Source: Eledone cirrhosa (lineage: Eukaryota). From it: DNA of 64,000 nucleotides. The stretch lies in contig OZ024742.1 of the NCBI GenBank assembly GCA_964016885.1, positions 157,108,001 to 157,172,000 on the forward strand, written 5' to 3'. Position 1 is the stretch's first letter. The number at the start of each line of letters is the position of its first letter. The notes under the pieces are model-generated. The model saw only the letters and a list, made by a program, of their open reading frames with translations, made no database searches and was not told the DNA's origin. Position numbers and translations under genes: made by a program. Positions 1 to 11,904 of the stretch are shown here, piece after piece.

Positions 1-60
1 GTTAACCTCGGCTGAATTTGAACTCAGAATGGCAAGGGCCCTCAGAATGGCATCCGACCC
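1..60 (-). mobile_element. SINE fragment (cut by window edge)
   Basis: Reverse complement has TTCTGAGTTCAAATTCAGCCGAGGTTAAC, matching the SINE copies at 8347 and 22665. Confidence 0.7.
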
Positions 61-1821
61 TCTTATATATATAATAATTACCAATAATATAATGGGAGGG
101 ATCGTAGATGTCTATGCTTATAGGATAGCGAATTAATTTAGACGTCACCGTTACATAATCATTTCTAGCCATATATATATCGTCTTAACCAAGTCTCATA
201 TCATACGTAAATGCCATTACTCAGTAGTTAGTACGTATAGGTATTTTCTTTGAGACAAAATAGAACAATCAATGACTATGATTTTAAACTCAACATGGTA
301 CTTTCAATGTATAATCAATGTTTGTAATATATTGATTTTTTTGATTTTTTTTCAAAAACACGGCTAATATGTCAGGCTCCATTAAGATAAGTCGAATGTT
401 AACATTGTTGATAATCGAATAATTTGTTGGGTTATTCAGTATACTTCACATTTTTGGAGGATGTGATTCTTTAGATGTAGCATCCAGCTGTTGAATGATA
501 TGAAGTGGGGGCAGTTGTCAACCCACAGTTTACCTTCTATTTTCAACAGGAAATTCTAGAATTAGCCTTGAAATATTATTGAGAAAACAACGCAAAACCA
601 TTCCAACGAGTTCTTTTCGTAAGCAATGACGTAAAGAACATTTGAGCTTCAGCCATAATTACAGCAAAAGTGTACAATGGAGCCACTATATTTGGGAGGA
701 TTTAAACGATTATAAGATGACACTACATAATATTATTTAAATTATGTATATTTTAGAAACAAATATATTGCTGTAATTTCTTCTCGAAAAGGACGCATCT
801 CGCGATTCATTATGACATAAAAGAAGAATAGTCAGGTTCCGTATGTTAAGAATATATATTCGATAATATTACGGTTTTACATCTTCGCATCCAAATCACA
901 CTTGTACTAATATTCTTCTGAACTTATTTCAATGAATCTACACAGGAGTGTCGCACCCAACAAATAAGCAACAGACAGGAGAAGTTGAAAATAATCGTTT
1001 TAATATATTCTCAGAATTTTAAAAATCAAACCATCAATACACATTAACATCCATGATCTAGGAGAAACAAAAACAAAATTAAAGATATGTTTTGTACAAA
1101 TGTGCATGATAATGAAAACCTTCTAACTGAAATATCTAATTATGAATAGTAAAAAGACAAATGAAGATACTGAAAACGATACTGACGAATGTAATGCTTC
1201 ACACCGAACCTTAGCCTCCACCTAATGTTACAAAATGTAAACAATAAAAATCCGTAGTAAGGAGCTACCTATTAGAAGATACCGAATATGGCTTCACATA
1301 GAGGCCTATTTTAATAATTTAAAAGGACCTATCGTGTAAATCATATAATTTAATATACGGTATAACGCGCAAAGGTTGCCATGAACAGTACATTTGACAA
1401 AAAGGTCTGGGATTTCGACAAAAAATATGTACAAAGTAAAAAATGTAGGAAACCATAAGTTAGAAACAGTACTCTTAGTAAGCCTTTTTATTTCAGAACA
1501 AAAATGCTTTAAGAGGGAAATGCAAGTAATAACTAAATCAAATGAGATATACAATCATTGTACTTTGGCTAACAAATGTAATTATATTCATGGTACACCT
1601 TGAGTTGAACCCCATATTTTGGCATGTATTTTAGAGAAGAATAACAACAAAGATGTTATAAATTTCAACCCTTGTCTTAGAGAAATATAAGTGAAACACA
1701 CGGAAACTATTTTCAATGCAAGATGCAGCAACGTGCAACATATATCCAACACAATTACTAAAGAAAGTTATGCTTTGAAAATATACTTCAAGAGAAACCG
1801 GTTACTACAAAACAAATGAGA

Positions 1822-1868
1822 TAATTGTTTCTACTTTTGGCACAAGGCCAGCAATTATCCCAGTGATA
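1822..1868 (-). mobile_element. SINE 3' end fragment
   Basis: rc = CACTGGGATAATTGCTGGCCTTGTGCCAAAAGTAGAAACAATTA, same as the 3' end of the other SINE copies. Confidence 0.75.
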
Positions 1869-1958
1869 ATGGTAGTCGTCTCCGAAAGTTCATCTATATT
1901 AAAAGATATATATATAAATTCTTTTCGGTGTGTAATGAACGTATACTTGTCTAACAAC

Positions 1959-2034
<76 letters not shown>

Positions 2035-2247
2035 GCATGTGTGTGTGTCTGTGTGTATAAACACTGTGCGAAAACTTCAAGTAGATTACATAAAAGAGAA
2101 ATAGCATCTATGTTAAATAAAATGTCAAAATATATTACGTGAATAGATTCCTATCAGAGTTGCATGATGTCTCAGGTTTTATGTTTTGAAAGGTTAGGTG
2201 GCATGCGCTGTGTTGAGAATGTATTTCTAATTATAATATGAAGTGTC

Positions 2248-2406
2248 TCTACTTTAGACAGAAAGTCATCAATTTAAGGGGGAAAGTGAAGTCGATAAAA
2301 TTATGTTGCTTTATTCATCGACCCCATAACCGTGAAAGGCGAATCTAATTTCGGTGGGATCGACGTAATTTTATGCCGTGAAGCAGGGCGTCCGACATGC
2401 TACCGT

Positions 2407-2410
<4 letters not shown>
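2248..2410 (-). mobile_element. Degenerate SINE
   Basis: rc contains TTGGAACGGTAGCATGTCGGACGCC and GCCTTTCAC...GGGGTCGATGAATAAAG, a diverged version of the SINE core. Confidence 0.55.
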
Positions 2411-2477
<67 letters not shown>

Positions 2478-2479
<2 letters not shown>

Positions 2480-2981
2480 AGAACACACTCACTGTTTGGT
2501 TGGGTTTCGCTCCTGTAACTTTTATATCTCAATAGTTAATTTATTTGGCAATGAATGTTTATCATTGATTGACCAGCGGTTAATATTACATATATAAATA
2601 AATATATATAAATAAATATATATCAAAGTTATTCTGTTGCACATCTGCAACATCATCAGTGGTACTATTATGTTTCCTCCAAATGTATTTTATTGTATTG
2701 CATGTCTACGCCATTTTTATTTTTATTTAGACATACAATACAATACATTAGGAGGAAAGATAATAGTACCACTGATGATGTTGCAGATATGCAACGTCGG
2801 AACTTTGATAGACTATAAATATATATTTATATCTCTATTTTTAACCGCTGGTCAATTATTGATATACATTGATTGCCAAATAAGTTAACTATGGAAATAT
2901 AAAAGATGCAGAAGCGAAACAGTGAGTGTTTTCTGTTATTATTTCTTACAATATTACAATAACATGACCCTCCGCCAGTAT

Positions 2982-2985
<4 letters not shown>
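2478..2985 (+). mobile_element. Inverted-repeat (about 230 bp arms) plus tail insertion in (TA)n, PLE pseudo-LTR-like
   Basis: 2478-2710 is an imperfect rc of about 2728-2935. The unpaired tail 2936-2985 recurs inverted at 5590-5651. CTGATGA plus a TGTTGCA hairpin at 2772. Confidence 0.65.
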
Positions 2986-3056
<71 letters not shown>

Positions 3057-3082
3057 ACATATATATATACATATATATACAT

Positions 3083-3148
3083 ATACGTGTTTTGCAACGG
3101 GTCACTTTGTGGCTCAATGAAAAATTAATAAATTAAATAATATATATA

Positions 3149-3199
<51 letters not shown>

Positions 3200-3297
3200 A
3201 TATATAAGTTTACATATATATATACATATATATACAAATACGTGTTTTGCAACGGGTCACTTTGTGGCTCAATGAAAAAATTAATAAATTAAATAAT
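3083..3297. repeat. About 58 bp direct duplication flanking a (TA)n tract
   Basis: ATACGTGTTTTGCAACGGGTCACTTTGTGGCTCAATGAAAAATTAATAAATTAAATAA at 3083 and 3238. Confidence 0.85.
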
Positions 3298-3810
3298 TTG
3301 GCTGTATTGTGCTGTGCTTTCTAGCAAAAATGCAACCAGTTGTAAGCAACTACCACACCCCTTCCAACCTGACCGCGGCTACGTCACGATTCTTAACCAT
3401 TTTGAATGAATTCCTGGCGCGATCACTTTGGAAAATTAGTGTCTAGATAAGAGCAAATCTCCGGATGAATTCAGTGCTCGAGTTTATATAATTATTACAT
3501 AATTATTGGAAAACTCAAAATGCGGATGAAACCATGGTAGATGTATTGAAATGAATTTTATTTTCTCCTAGTTTATTTTACACCTAATTCTGTTTAGTTG
3601 ACTGTATCTGGGCGATTACGCTGTCGAAATATCCGATAAATATTCCGTTGCGGCCGACGCGAAGGTCTAGTTTCGGTTATTTGTTGAAGATTTCTTCATA
3701 GAAGCCTCATCCTTATAGCCTGGTCTATTCGATTTTCAATATAGTTAATTATGCTAATTGGGAGAGGAAATGGTATATATTTTATCTTGTGATTCTATAT
3801 ACATGTTTTA

Positions 3811-3897
<87 letters not shown>

Positions 3898-3922
3898 ATA
3901 TATATATATTTATATATATTTA

Positions 3923-5044
3923 CTACAATAACAGAGATAGCTTCAAGCTAAACTCCAACTGGTAACCATCTCACTCAACAAACATTAGGTTATATGTTAG
4001 TATAAACCCAGTTTAGGTGTTTGGTGTGCTAACTATATGTATTATGTGGAAAGCCAGTTGTATTATTTCATAAGATATAATTAAAGTTAAAATATATCTC
4101 TCTTTCCAAACAATTGTTTCATTATAAGTTTTCTACAAATTGGGAGAATGTTTCCAGTTTATGTAGAAGCCTAACATATAATCATGTAAGAATATATTTA
4201 GGTGGGCACTTATAAATCTTCAGTGGAAGCCCATTAAACTTTGATATAAAAAAAAATTCTTATCGCTGTTAAAAATCGTGTCTGCTAAGCTGCTCCTTCA
4301 CGCATCGAATGACCGCCAAATTTGAAATTCCAGCAGTCTTTTGATTGAGGAAGTTTCATAGCGTCACGAAGCGGGAAAGGGAGACAACCACGATTCACGA
4401 GAAAATAAAATAATAAACACGTGGGTTAATTAGTTTTTTTCAAAGACATTATCAATCCAACGTGTTAAGAACTCAATTGAAATTAAAAAAATAAATGTAT
4501 GCGTGTATTATTTACACACGCATATTGATATTTTCTTAGGCTAAAAACAGAAGTGATACCAAAATAACAAACCGCATCTCATAACCGCAGTAAATACGGA
4601 AAGTTACGCTTTAAAAGGCGATTGGGAATGTAAATCTCTGGCCAAATTAAGAGTAAAATATTTAATACACGCGGGTTAATTAGTTATTTCAAAAACTATT
4701 ATCAATTCCATGTGTTAAGAACTCAATTAATTAAAAAAAATAAATGTATGCATGTAATTATTTACACACGCATACATATATATTTTCTTAGGCTAAAAAC
4801 AGAGAAGTGACAACCAAAAAACCTCCATATCCCACAACAGTAATAATTACGGAAAGTCATGTTTATAAGGTACCTGCAAATAAATACCTCTGGCCAAATC
4901 AAGAGTAAAATATTTAATACAATAACAGAGATAGCTTCAAGCTAAACTCCGACTGGTAACCATCTCACTAAACAAACATTAGGTTATATGTTAGTATAAA
5001 CCCAATTTAAGTATTTGGGGTGCTAACTATATGTATTATGTGGA
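3923..5044 (-). mobile_element. Non-coding hammerhead-bearing element with about 128 bp terminal redundancy and an internal about 250 bp tandem duplication
   Basis: 3923-4050 matches 4917-5044, and 4417-4668 matches 4667-4920. HHR at 4104-4228. One end abuts (TA)n. No ORF. Confidence 0.7.
4104..4228 (-). ncRNA. Type I hammerhead ribozyme with 96 nt domain II
   Basis: rc: TTCCA-CTGAAGA-T-TTATAAGT...ACTTATAA-T-GAAA-CAATTG-TT-TGGAA (stem I 5 bp, stem II 8 bp, palindromic stem III). Confidence 0.8.
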
Positions 5045-5110
5045 TTGGTCTAGTGGTATGATTCTCGCTTTGTGTGCGAGAGGTCCCGGTTTCAAATCCC
5101 GGACGAGCTC
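5045..5110 (+). pseudogene. 5'-truncated tRNA-Pro(TGG)-derived pseudogene, anticodon reads TGT
   Basis: TTGGTCTAGTGGTATGATTCTCGCTTTGTGTGCGAGAGGTCCCGGTTTCAAATCCCGGACGAGCTC matches the eukaryotic tRNA-Pro body. The 5' acceptor strand GGCTCG is missing. Confidence 0.85.
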
Positions 5111-5118
5111 ATTATAAC

Positions 5119-5171
<53 letters not shown>

Positions 5172-5353
5172 ATAAATAGATACATTATCGGAGAAAGCTT
5201 TTTAGCGATACTCCGGCCAAATTCCAACTGACCCAACAAACATTAGGAAATAAGTGTGTATATTCCTAATTAAGCGTACGGAGTGCTAACTAAATGTATT
5301 GCGTTGTACATTGGCTGTATTATTTCATATGAGACATATCGAATATATCTCTT

Positions 5354-5480
5354 CCCAGACGGACGTGTCGTTTCATTATAAGGATTTCTACAATTTGGGT
5401 GAAATTATAGCAATGTATGTAGGAGTTTGTATACCATGAATAGATATATATTCAGTGGGCTCCTATAATTCATCAGTGGG
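5354..5480 (-). ncRNA. Type I hammerhead ribozyme with 95 nt domain II (diverged relative of 4104-4228)
   Basis: rc: CCCA-CTGATGA-ATTATAGGA...TCCTTATAAT-GAAA-CG-acacgtc-CG-TC-TGGG with a GUC triplet. Lies in a diverged copy (about 5205-5490) of the 3923-4240 repeat. Confidence 0.8.
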
Positions 5481-5589
5481 TGCCCCAATAATACTAATAT
5501 TGCTAATATAACCAACATCAGTATTTAGCGATAATCATCATCAGTGCCTGAGGTATCTGTAAGGCTCATATATATATATATATATATTT

Positions 5590-5651
5590 TGTTATACTTG
5601 GGGAGGGTCATATTGTTGTAATATTGCAAGAAATAATAACAGAAAACACTT
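5590..5651 (-). mobile_element. Isolated 3' tail of the 2478-2985 family
   Basis: rc of AGTGTTTTCTGTTATTATTTCTTACAATATTACAATAACATGACCCTCC...AGTATAACAA, abutting (TA)n. Confidence 0.75.
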
Positions 5652-5807
5652 GGTGTATTTTTCTCAACCTGTTAGTTCTTTCGTTACTTTGGTATATTGT
5701 GTGTTAGATTTTGCCTACCACAATTTTCGATTTGTCAAGCTATTTAAACGTATGTTATTACTCTAAGGACCTACCTTATCGAGTGCTTTGCTAACTCATT
5801 ATTTCAT

Positions 5808-6842
5808 CTCGGTCTTTGCTTGACCCAGGATTTCAGCTCGAGACGAGTCTGGTAAAGGCTCGGTGAGGAATACCTGAAGGTGCCGTAGCCTTAATGCGTG
5901 TTTACGCATCATCAGCCACGGCAGCCCCAGCCCTCTTTTCGAAGTGTGTTGACAGCAGATGGATCTCCTCACCATAGGAGCCCGCTTTTTTGAAAGGAAT
6001 TGGAAGAGTGCGCGCTCCATTTTGGCGAGAATTTCCCTTGGGAAAGACACGACGGTCAGGCGGTAGTAGATGACGGAGGCTATATAAGTGTTCACCACCT
6101 CCGCCCGACCTTTCAGGGACAGTTTGCATCCGGCCTAATTCTGGGTCAGTTCAAACACCCTGTTCGTTACCTCACCCAGTTCTTCTCCTCCTGGAGATCT
6201 GGTCCGAACAGACACCGAGAAATTTCACCCGGTACTCCGTCCATTGCCCGACGACGCCATAGCAGTGCATCGATTTGACCCTCAATGTGCCGAGTTGCAA
6301 ACCGATCAACTTGTTCCTGTTCAGCTTAGTCCCTATAAATCTTTCGTACTCCTCCAGTAAGGTGCCGTTCGTTCCGATTTCCGAGGCGGTCGACACCATT
6401 ACTGTTACGTCATCGGCGTAGGCCGACACCGCTTTCCGCAATCCCGGTTCCAACGGGATGCCCTGCAACAACTCCAGCTTCCGCAGCAGTGGCTCTAGAG
6501 TCATTACATACAGAAGGGATGAGAGAGGGCACCCTTTTCGGATGGACCGCGCGATTTCGAACGGCTCCGAGAGGTAGCCGTTCACCTTGACTCTAGAGAA
6601 GATGCGGCTGCTGTGTATGGCAGTGATCCAGCCCCTGGAAACGGGTCCGAAGCCTGCCGCCGCTAGCACCGCATCCAGGTAACCATAGTCGACCCTATCG
6701 AACGTCTTAGATTGATCCAAGTTGATCAGGGCCCGGTTCGTTCCCAACCCTCTCTATGATGTACCGGATGAGATGGAGGTTGTCGTGGATGGACCTGGAC
6801 GGGATAGCACATATCTGCGCATCTCCCACAGGTTTCCCACGA
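5808..6842 (-). pseudogene. L1/Tx1-clade non-LTR reverse transcriptase fragment (frameshifted)
   Basis: ORF 6172-6747 has ALINLDQSKTFDRVD, IRKGCPLSSLLY and AYADDV. ORF 5799-6098 has the GLGLP thumb-region motif. GC-rich island. Confidence 0.88.
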
Positions 6843-7008
6843 CAGGTTGGACGCCATGTTTTCTAGCATAGTTACGTCCCTTTACAGTCTGAGTTCAAAT
6901 CCCGCCGAGGTTAAATTTGCCTTTCATCCTTACGAGGTCGATAAAATAAAGTACCCGTAATGTACTGGCTGATTGCTGGCCATGTGCCTAAAAGTAGAAA
7001 CAATTATT
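6843..7008 (+). mobile_element. SINE, 5' truncated
   Basis: GAGTTCAAATCCCGCCGAGGTTAAATTTGCCTTTCATCCTTACGAGGTCGATAAAATAAAGTACC core (B-box-like plus Nin/Deu-like domain). Confidence 0.85.
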
Positions 7009-7690
7009 TCATATAGTAGGCCGAATTTGCTTGAAAACCGCCAGAGATTCGATTTTACTAAGTATCCAATTTTATTATTCTCCTAGATTTAATAATTAAC
7101 TAATTAATTTAATTAGACAATGCTGTTGATTAGTTAATTGTTTGTGTTTGTTTAATAACATCTGGTCGAGAGCTTATTCTGATGATTAGCGGAAATTAAG
7201 ATATTTTCTTTGTCTAACATTTTGAATGACCCGGCAAAAACCGGGGGTTATTTCCCTTGCTGGAAATAACATGTGACAGCTAAAGATACGATATGCTGCA
7301 GCTTAGCGGCAACATTTAGCCTTTTCGCCCCGTCCTTGGTAGAACGAAAACCTGTTGATGAACTGAATCCTTGTTCGATCATGAACACCACCAGCTTGCC
7401 AGTCACGTAAGTCTGATATATGATTTCGAATTCATAGAATCACGTTAAACGTATAATCGTTTGATTTGTCCAGGTGTATTTTCCTCAACCTGTTAGTTAT
7501 TTCGTTACTTTGGCATATTGTGTGTTAGATTTTGCCTACCACAATGTTCGATTTGTCAAGCTATTTAAACGTATGTTATTACTCTAAGGATCTACCTTAT
7601 CGCGTGCTTTGCTAACTCATTATTTCATATAGTAGGCCGAATTTGCTTGAAAACCGCCAGAGATTCGATTTTATTAAATATCAAATTATA

Positions 7691-7753
<63 letters not shown>

Positions 7754-8346
7754 TTAAAAACCTGCCACCCCCACCACCACCCCGCCATATATATGTAAAT
7801 ATATATATATATATATATACATGCCTTTTTACTTGTCTGTGTTCGCGTGCAATATCATATAGGTTGTATATTTACTTTTTAAATGATTTGGAAGGCCTAT
7901 TTGACAATATAACAAACGCATGACTAAATATGTTGGGAATATATAGCCAGACCTCAGTATAATATGAACACATCAAATATTATTAAAGCTAATGATAAAA
8001 TCGTCATTCCACCTTATTCCTAATTATGCATTAATATGCAATTTCATATCAATATTATTAATTTCTTGCAACTATTCAAATATTTATGATAAAACACTGT
8101 ACCAGCACTTGTTACATTGTAATGATAATGAGCATAACTACTTCCAATACTTTGAACGCGTTATGTATTTATTGCTATGACTGCTGTCCTGCTGTGTTTG
8201 ACATAGTATTTTAGTAGAAACCAAAATCCTAGTAACAGATTATTTAGTGAAATATAAACCAGGTCAGAGGACCCAAACTCCCGATCACTCCATCTCTTAC
8301 ATTATGACAAATGCATTAAATCGGTGACCATTATTTTCTCCAGTTA

Positions 8347-8538
8347 GGCGGTGGATTGGCAGTATCGGTAGAGGGTCGGACGCCATGCTTTGAAGCATAG
8401 AGTTACCTCCCTGTATGATCTGAGTTCAAATCCCGGCGAGGTTAACTTTGCCTTTCATCCTTACGGGATCGATAAAATAAAGTTCCAGTAATGCACTGGA
8501 TAATTGCTGGCCTTTTGCCAAAAGTAGAAACAATTATT
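8347..8538 (+). mobile_element. Full-length tRNA-derived SINE with target-site duplication
   Basis: GGCGGTGGATTGGCAGTATCGG head, GAGTTCAAATCCC B-box and conserved core. ATTATTTTCTCCAGTTAG on both sides. Confidence 0.88.
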
Positions 8539-8579
8539 TTCTCCAGTTAGTTTTAAACTAGGATTTCCTATTATACTTT

Positions 8580-9060
8580 GGTTGGCCTTTTCAATAACTT
8601 TTGCTCACCCACAGTCGACGGCGCCTATACTCTACGGCATTTCACAGAAGAGAAAGCCGCACTACTGTTATGAACAGTAGTACCAACAAAAAACATCATG
8701 CTTAATGAACCATGTTTGTAATGAATTCAACTGGCCATGTCAGAAAAACTAGATTGGCTCCACAAAGTGAATGCTCTCCCATACAGTGAGGGAACGCATG
8801 AGAGGGCAACACCAGCCAACGTTGTATTCAAACAGAAGCAGGAATGCGGAAGAAACATAACTACGAACTGACTCTCAGTGCAAACAGATGTAATCAGCAT
8901 CCGAATAACGGGAGTGCATTTCATTAGGAGGAAATTACCAACTCTAACTCGTCGTAATGTTCTGGACACTTGGAAACAACTTTACACATATTCCGACGTG
9001 TAAAATATTTGCGAAAACTAACAGAGTCTGATGAAGGACTTCTTTATCCGAATGATCTAA
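8580..9060 (+). pseudogene. Decayed PLE GIY-YIG 3' end followed by a degenerate hammerhead
   Basis: Manual translation gives PCQKN*IGSTK*ML and IRITGVHFIRRKLPTL (GIY-YIG C-terminus-like). CTGATGA-AGGA...TCC-GAAT-GATC-TA at 9028-9059. Confidence 0.55.
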
Positions 9061-9469
9061 GCTTATTAATCCAGCAACAAAGCTCATGAAATGGAGCCGC
9101 AAAAACGGCCCGCAGTAAATATATTATATTATATTAGTCATATTTCCATACTCAAGTCCTTTCAATTTTACTTTTAATTTTTTTTTTTTTCATTCCTTGT
9201 AAATATTTTTGTTGTTCACTCCTTTTCATTTTATTTTATCACGAAGAAGAATGAAATATAAAGTACAAAATATTTAGAACGAATATTTGTTTCATCTACG
9301 ATCTCTTCCACCTTCGTCTTCCCTTCTTCCTAGATACATAGCTAACCCAATTAATCCTCATTTAAGGAACTATACCAGGAACAACACTCAATTACATCAC
9401 GTACATAACCCATATCACCCACCATACGTACACACACTTTGCTTGAGATACACTAACGCATTATATATA

Positions 9470-9577
9470 TCGCACCAACCTGAGGTATATGATTTTTAAT
9501 GCGATGTTATATCAATGATGGTTGGCAAATCACTGACGAATGACTAATTTTATCATATGTAACCCATGTGCAACCAG
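9470..9577 (+). repeat. Repeat segment shared with rc of 38488-38593, containing a kink-turn-like motif
   Basis: CGCACCAACC(T/G)GAGGTATATG...GATGGTTGG...ATCAC(T/A)GA(C/T)GAA...TCATATGTAACCCAT(G/T)TGCAAC in both places. Confidence 0.65.
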
Positions 9578-9598
9578 GCAGAATTCTTCTTTCTTCTC

Positions 9599-9685
<87 letters not shown>

Positions 9686-10882
9686 CCGTGTGTAAGTGTG
9701 TATCTGTGTGTGCGTGCCGTTGTTGGTGTGTACGTGTGTATGTGAGTCCTTGTCTGTGTTTACGTTTGTGTTTATATCCCGCAACCAAATCTTTCAGGGA
9801 TCATAGTAGCAAATACCAGTTCGTTATTATCGAAAATATCCATGCGATGTTAGGCAGCAGCATGACCGGCCACCTTTTAACATTAACGAATATTTCAACG
9901 GTTAGTCTGGAGTTAAGAGTACTCTATCTATATACTTAGTGAAGACAATAATTTCATACATCATTCTTTAGTTTGCCCTATTTCAAAATGCGATTTAATT
10001 ATGACAGTATTGTACCATATATATGTATAATTCACTGCCACAATAAATGCTCCGTTATTTACAGGAAATTATGTTATAGATATTGTTGCTGTTGACTTTT
10101 CCAAGGAAGCTACGATTTTTATTCCCGTTATAGCCTACAAGTCAATAACACATCTCCTAACATTAATTTAGAAATTATGTCATTGGTTATGACGAATAAT
10201 TTTATTTCCGTATATAAACTATTTAGATCTATATGGGGTGAGTCATTAAACTTGCGTCCGTACAAACTTAATGATACTTGCTTGACATTATACCTTCTCA
10301 GTCATCTGCTCATATTAGTTTCTTTTACTGTTTTATTGTTGAATCATTTTATCGTTTAACTCATTTATTTCATTCTATTACTCCTTATAATCATTATAAT
10401 ACACAACGCCGGATCACAGAATTGAAGTGATGGTGGTGGTTGTATCGATCTAGCTACATATTGTTTCAAATCTACTACTTAGTCTCACGAGTTCTATCTT
10501 CTCGATCAGCTATATAAGTTGCATAGAGAAACAGTAAATGAGTACGTAGACACTTTATCCCTCGTATACACCTACAAATATATACATGATATGGACCACG
10601 TGCCATGCTATTAATCAGTAACTCCTAAAAGACTCGTAAGGCAGTCATATTGACAGCAGATTTCGTCCGGAGAAGGATAGAGAGTGTAAGAAAGGAAATT
10701 AGAAAGAAATATACAAGAAGAATCGACCACAGTACTTGTACTTTTTCCTCAAACTCAAATAGATGAAAGGCAAAGTTGACATCGGTGAGATTTCAGCTGA
10801 GGGAGCAGAGAGCCGGAATGAGTACCACATGGTACACTATCCGACGTACTAACGACTCTACAAATATATATATCTAAATATC

Positions 10883-11511
<629 letters not shown>

Positions 11512-11515
<4 letters not shown>

Positions 11516-11866
11516 AAAAAGGGATGAAATCGAAAATGCAACTGAAGTCTTATTTTTTTTTTAAATATGTATATTTATTTGGTTCCTTCACCGGTTTCGC
11601 AGTTCTTCTGCTTTTCAAAAGGTGAGTTGAGATGGAGGGTCTGTGGTTTTTCTCACATGTGAGAAAAACCACAGACCCTCCATCTCAACTCACCTTTTGA
11701 AAAGCAGAAGAACTGCGAAACCGGTGAAGGAACCAAATAAATATACATATTTTAAAAAAAAATAAGACTTCAGTTGCATTTTCGATTTCATCCCTTTTTC
11801 TTTATACTTCCACTCGTGTAGGACACCTCGGTTATTTTTCATTTGGTAAAAAAAAAAAAACCTGAC

Positions 11867-11873
<7 letters not shown>
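11512..11873 (+). mobile_element. Zero-spacer palindrome (146 bp arms) plus 70 nt tail, a mini copy of the Neptune pLTR at 57257-59847
   Basis: Centre ACA|TGT at 11657/11658. Sequence and tail nearly identical to 59637-59847. (TA)n on both sides. Confidence 0.9.
11693..11730 (+). ncRNA. Minimal type I hammerhead, U3-A8 core variant (mirror copy 11585-11622 on minus strand)
   Basis: CCTT-TTGAAAA-GCAG-aagaa-CTGC-GAAA-CCGG-T-G-AAGG. Position 17 is G in this copy. Confidence 0.65.

Positions 11874-11902
<29 letters not shown>

Positions 11903-11904
<2 letters not shown>

Larger units (their letters stand above)
5652..7688 (+). mobile_element. Non-coding element with about 616 nt unit and about 220 bp terminal direct repeats, interrupted by a Tx1/SINE insertion
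   Basis: 5652-5807 plus 7013-7075 match 7473-7688. Homologous to the rc of 36827-37685. Ends in (TA)n. Strand is nominal. Confidence 0.7.

Noticed and set aside
700-1800. A-rich stretch that may be a decayed coding region
   Set aside because: No recognisable motif in any frame by eye. A translated homology search is needed
2766-2810. CTGATGA plus hairpin as a complete hammerhead
   Set aside because: GAAA box is defective in both arms and no matching stem I or NUH site could be placed
7179-7205. CTGATGA-ttagcg-GAAA minimal HHR
   Set aside because: No stem I or III pairing, and not conserved in the homolog at about 37330
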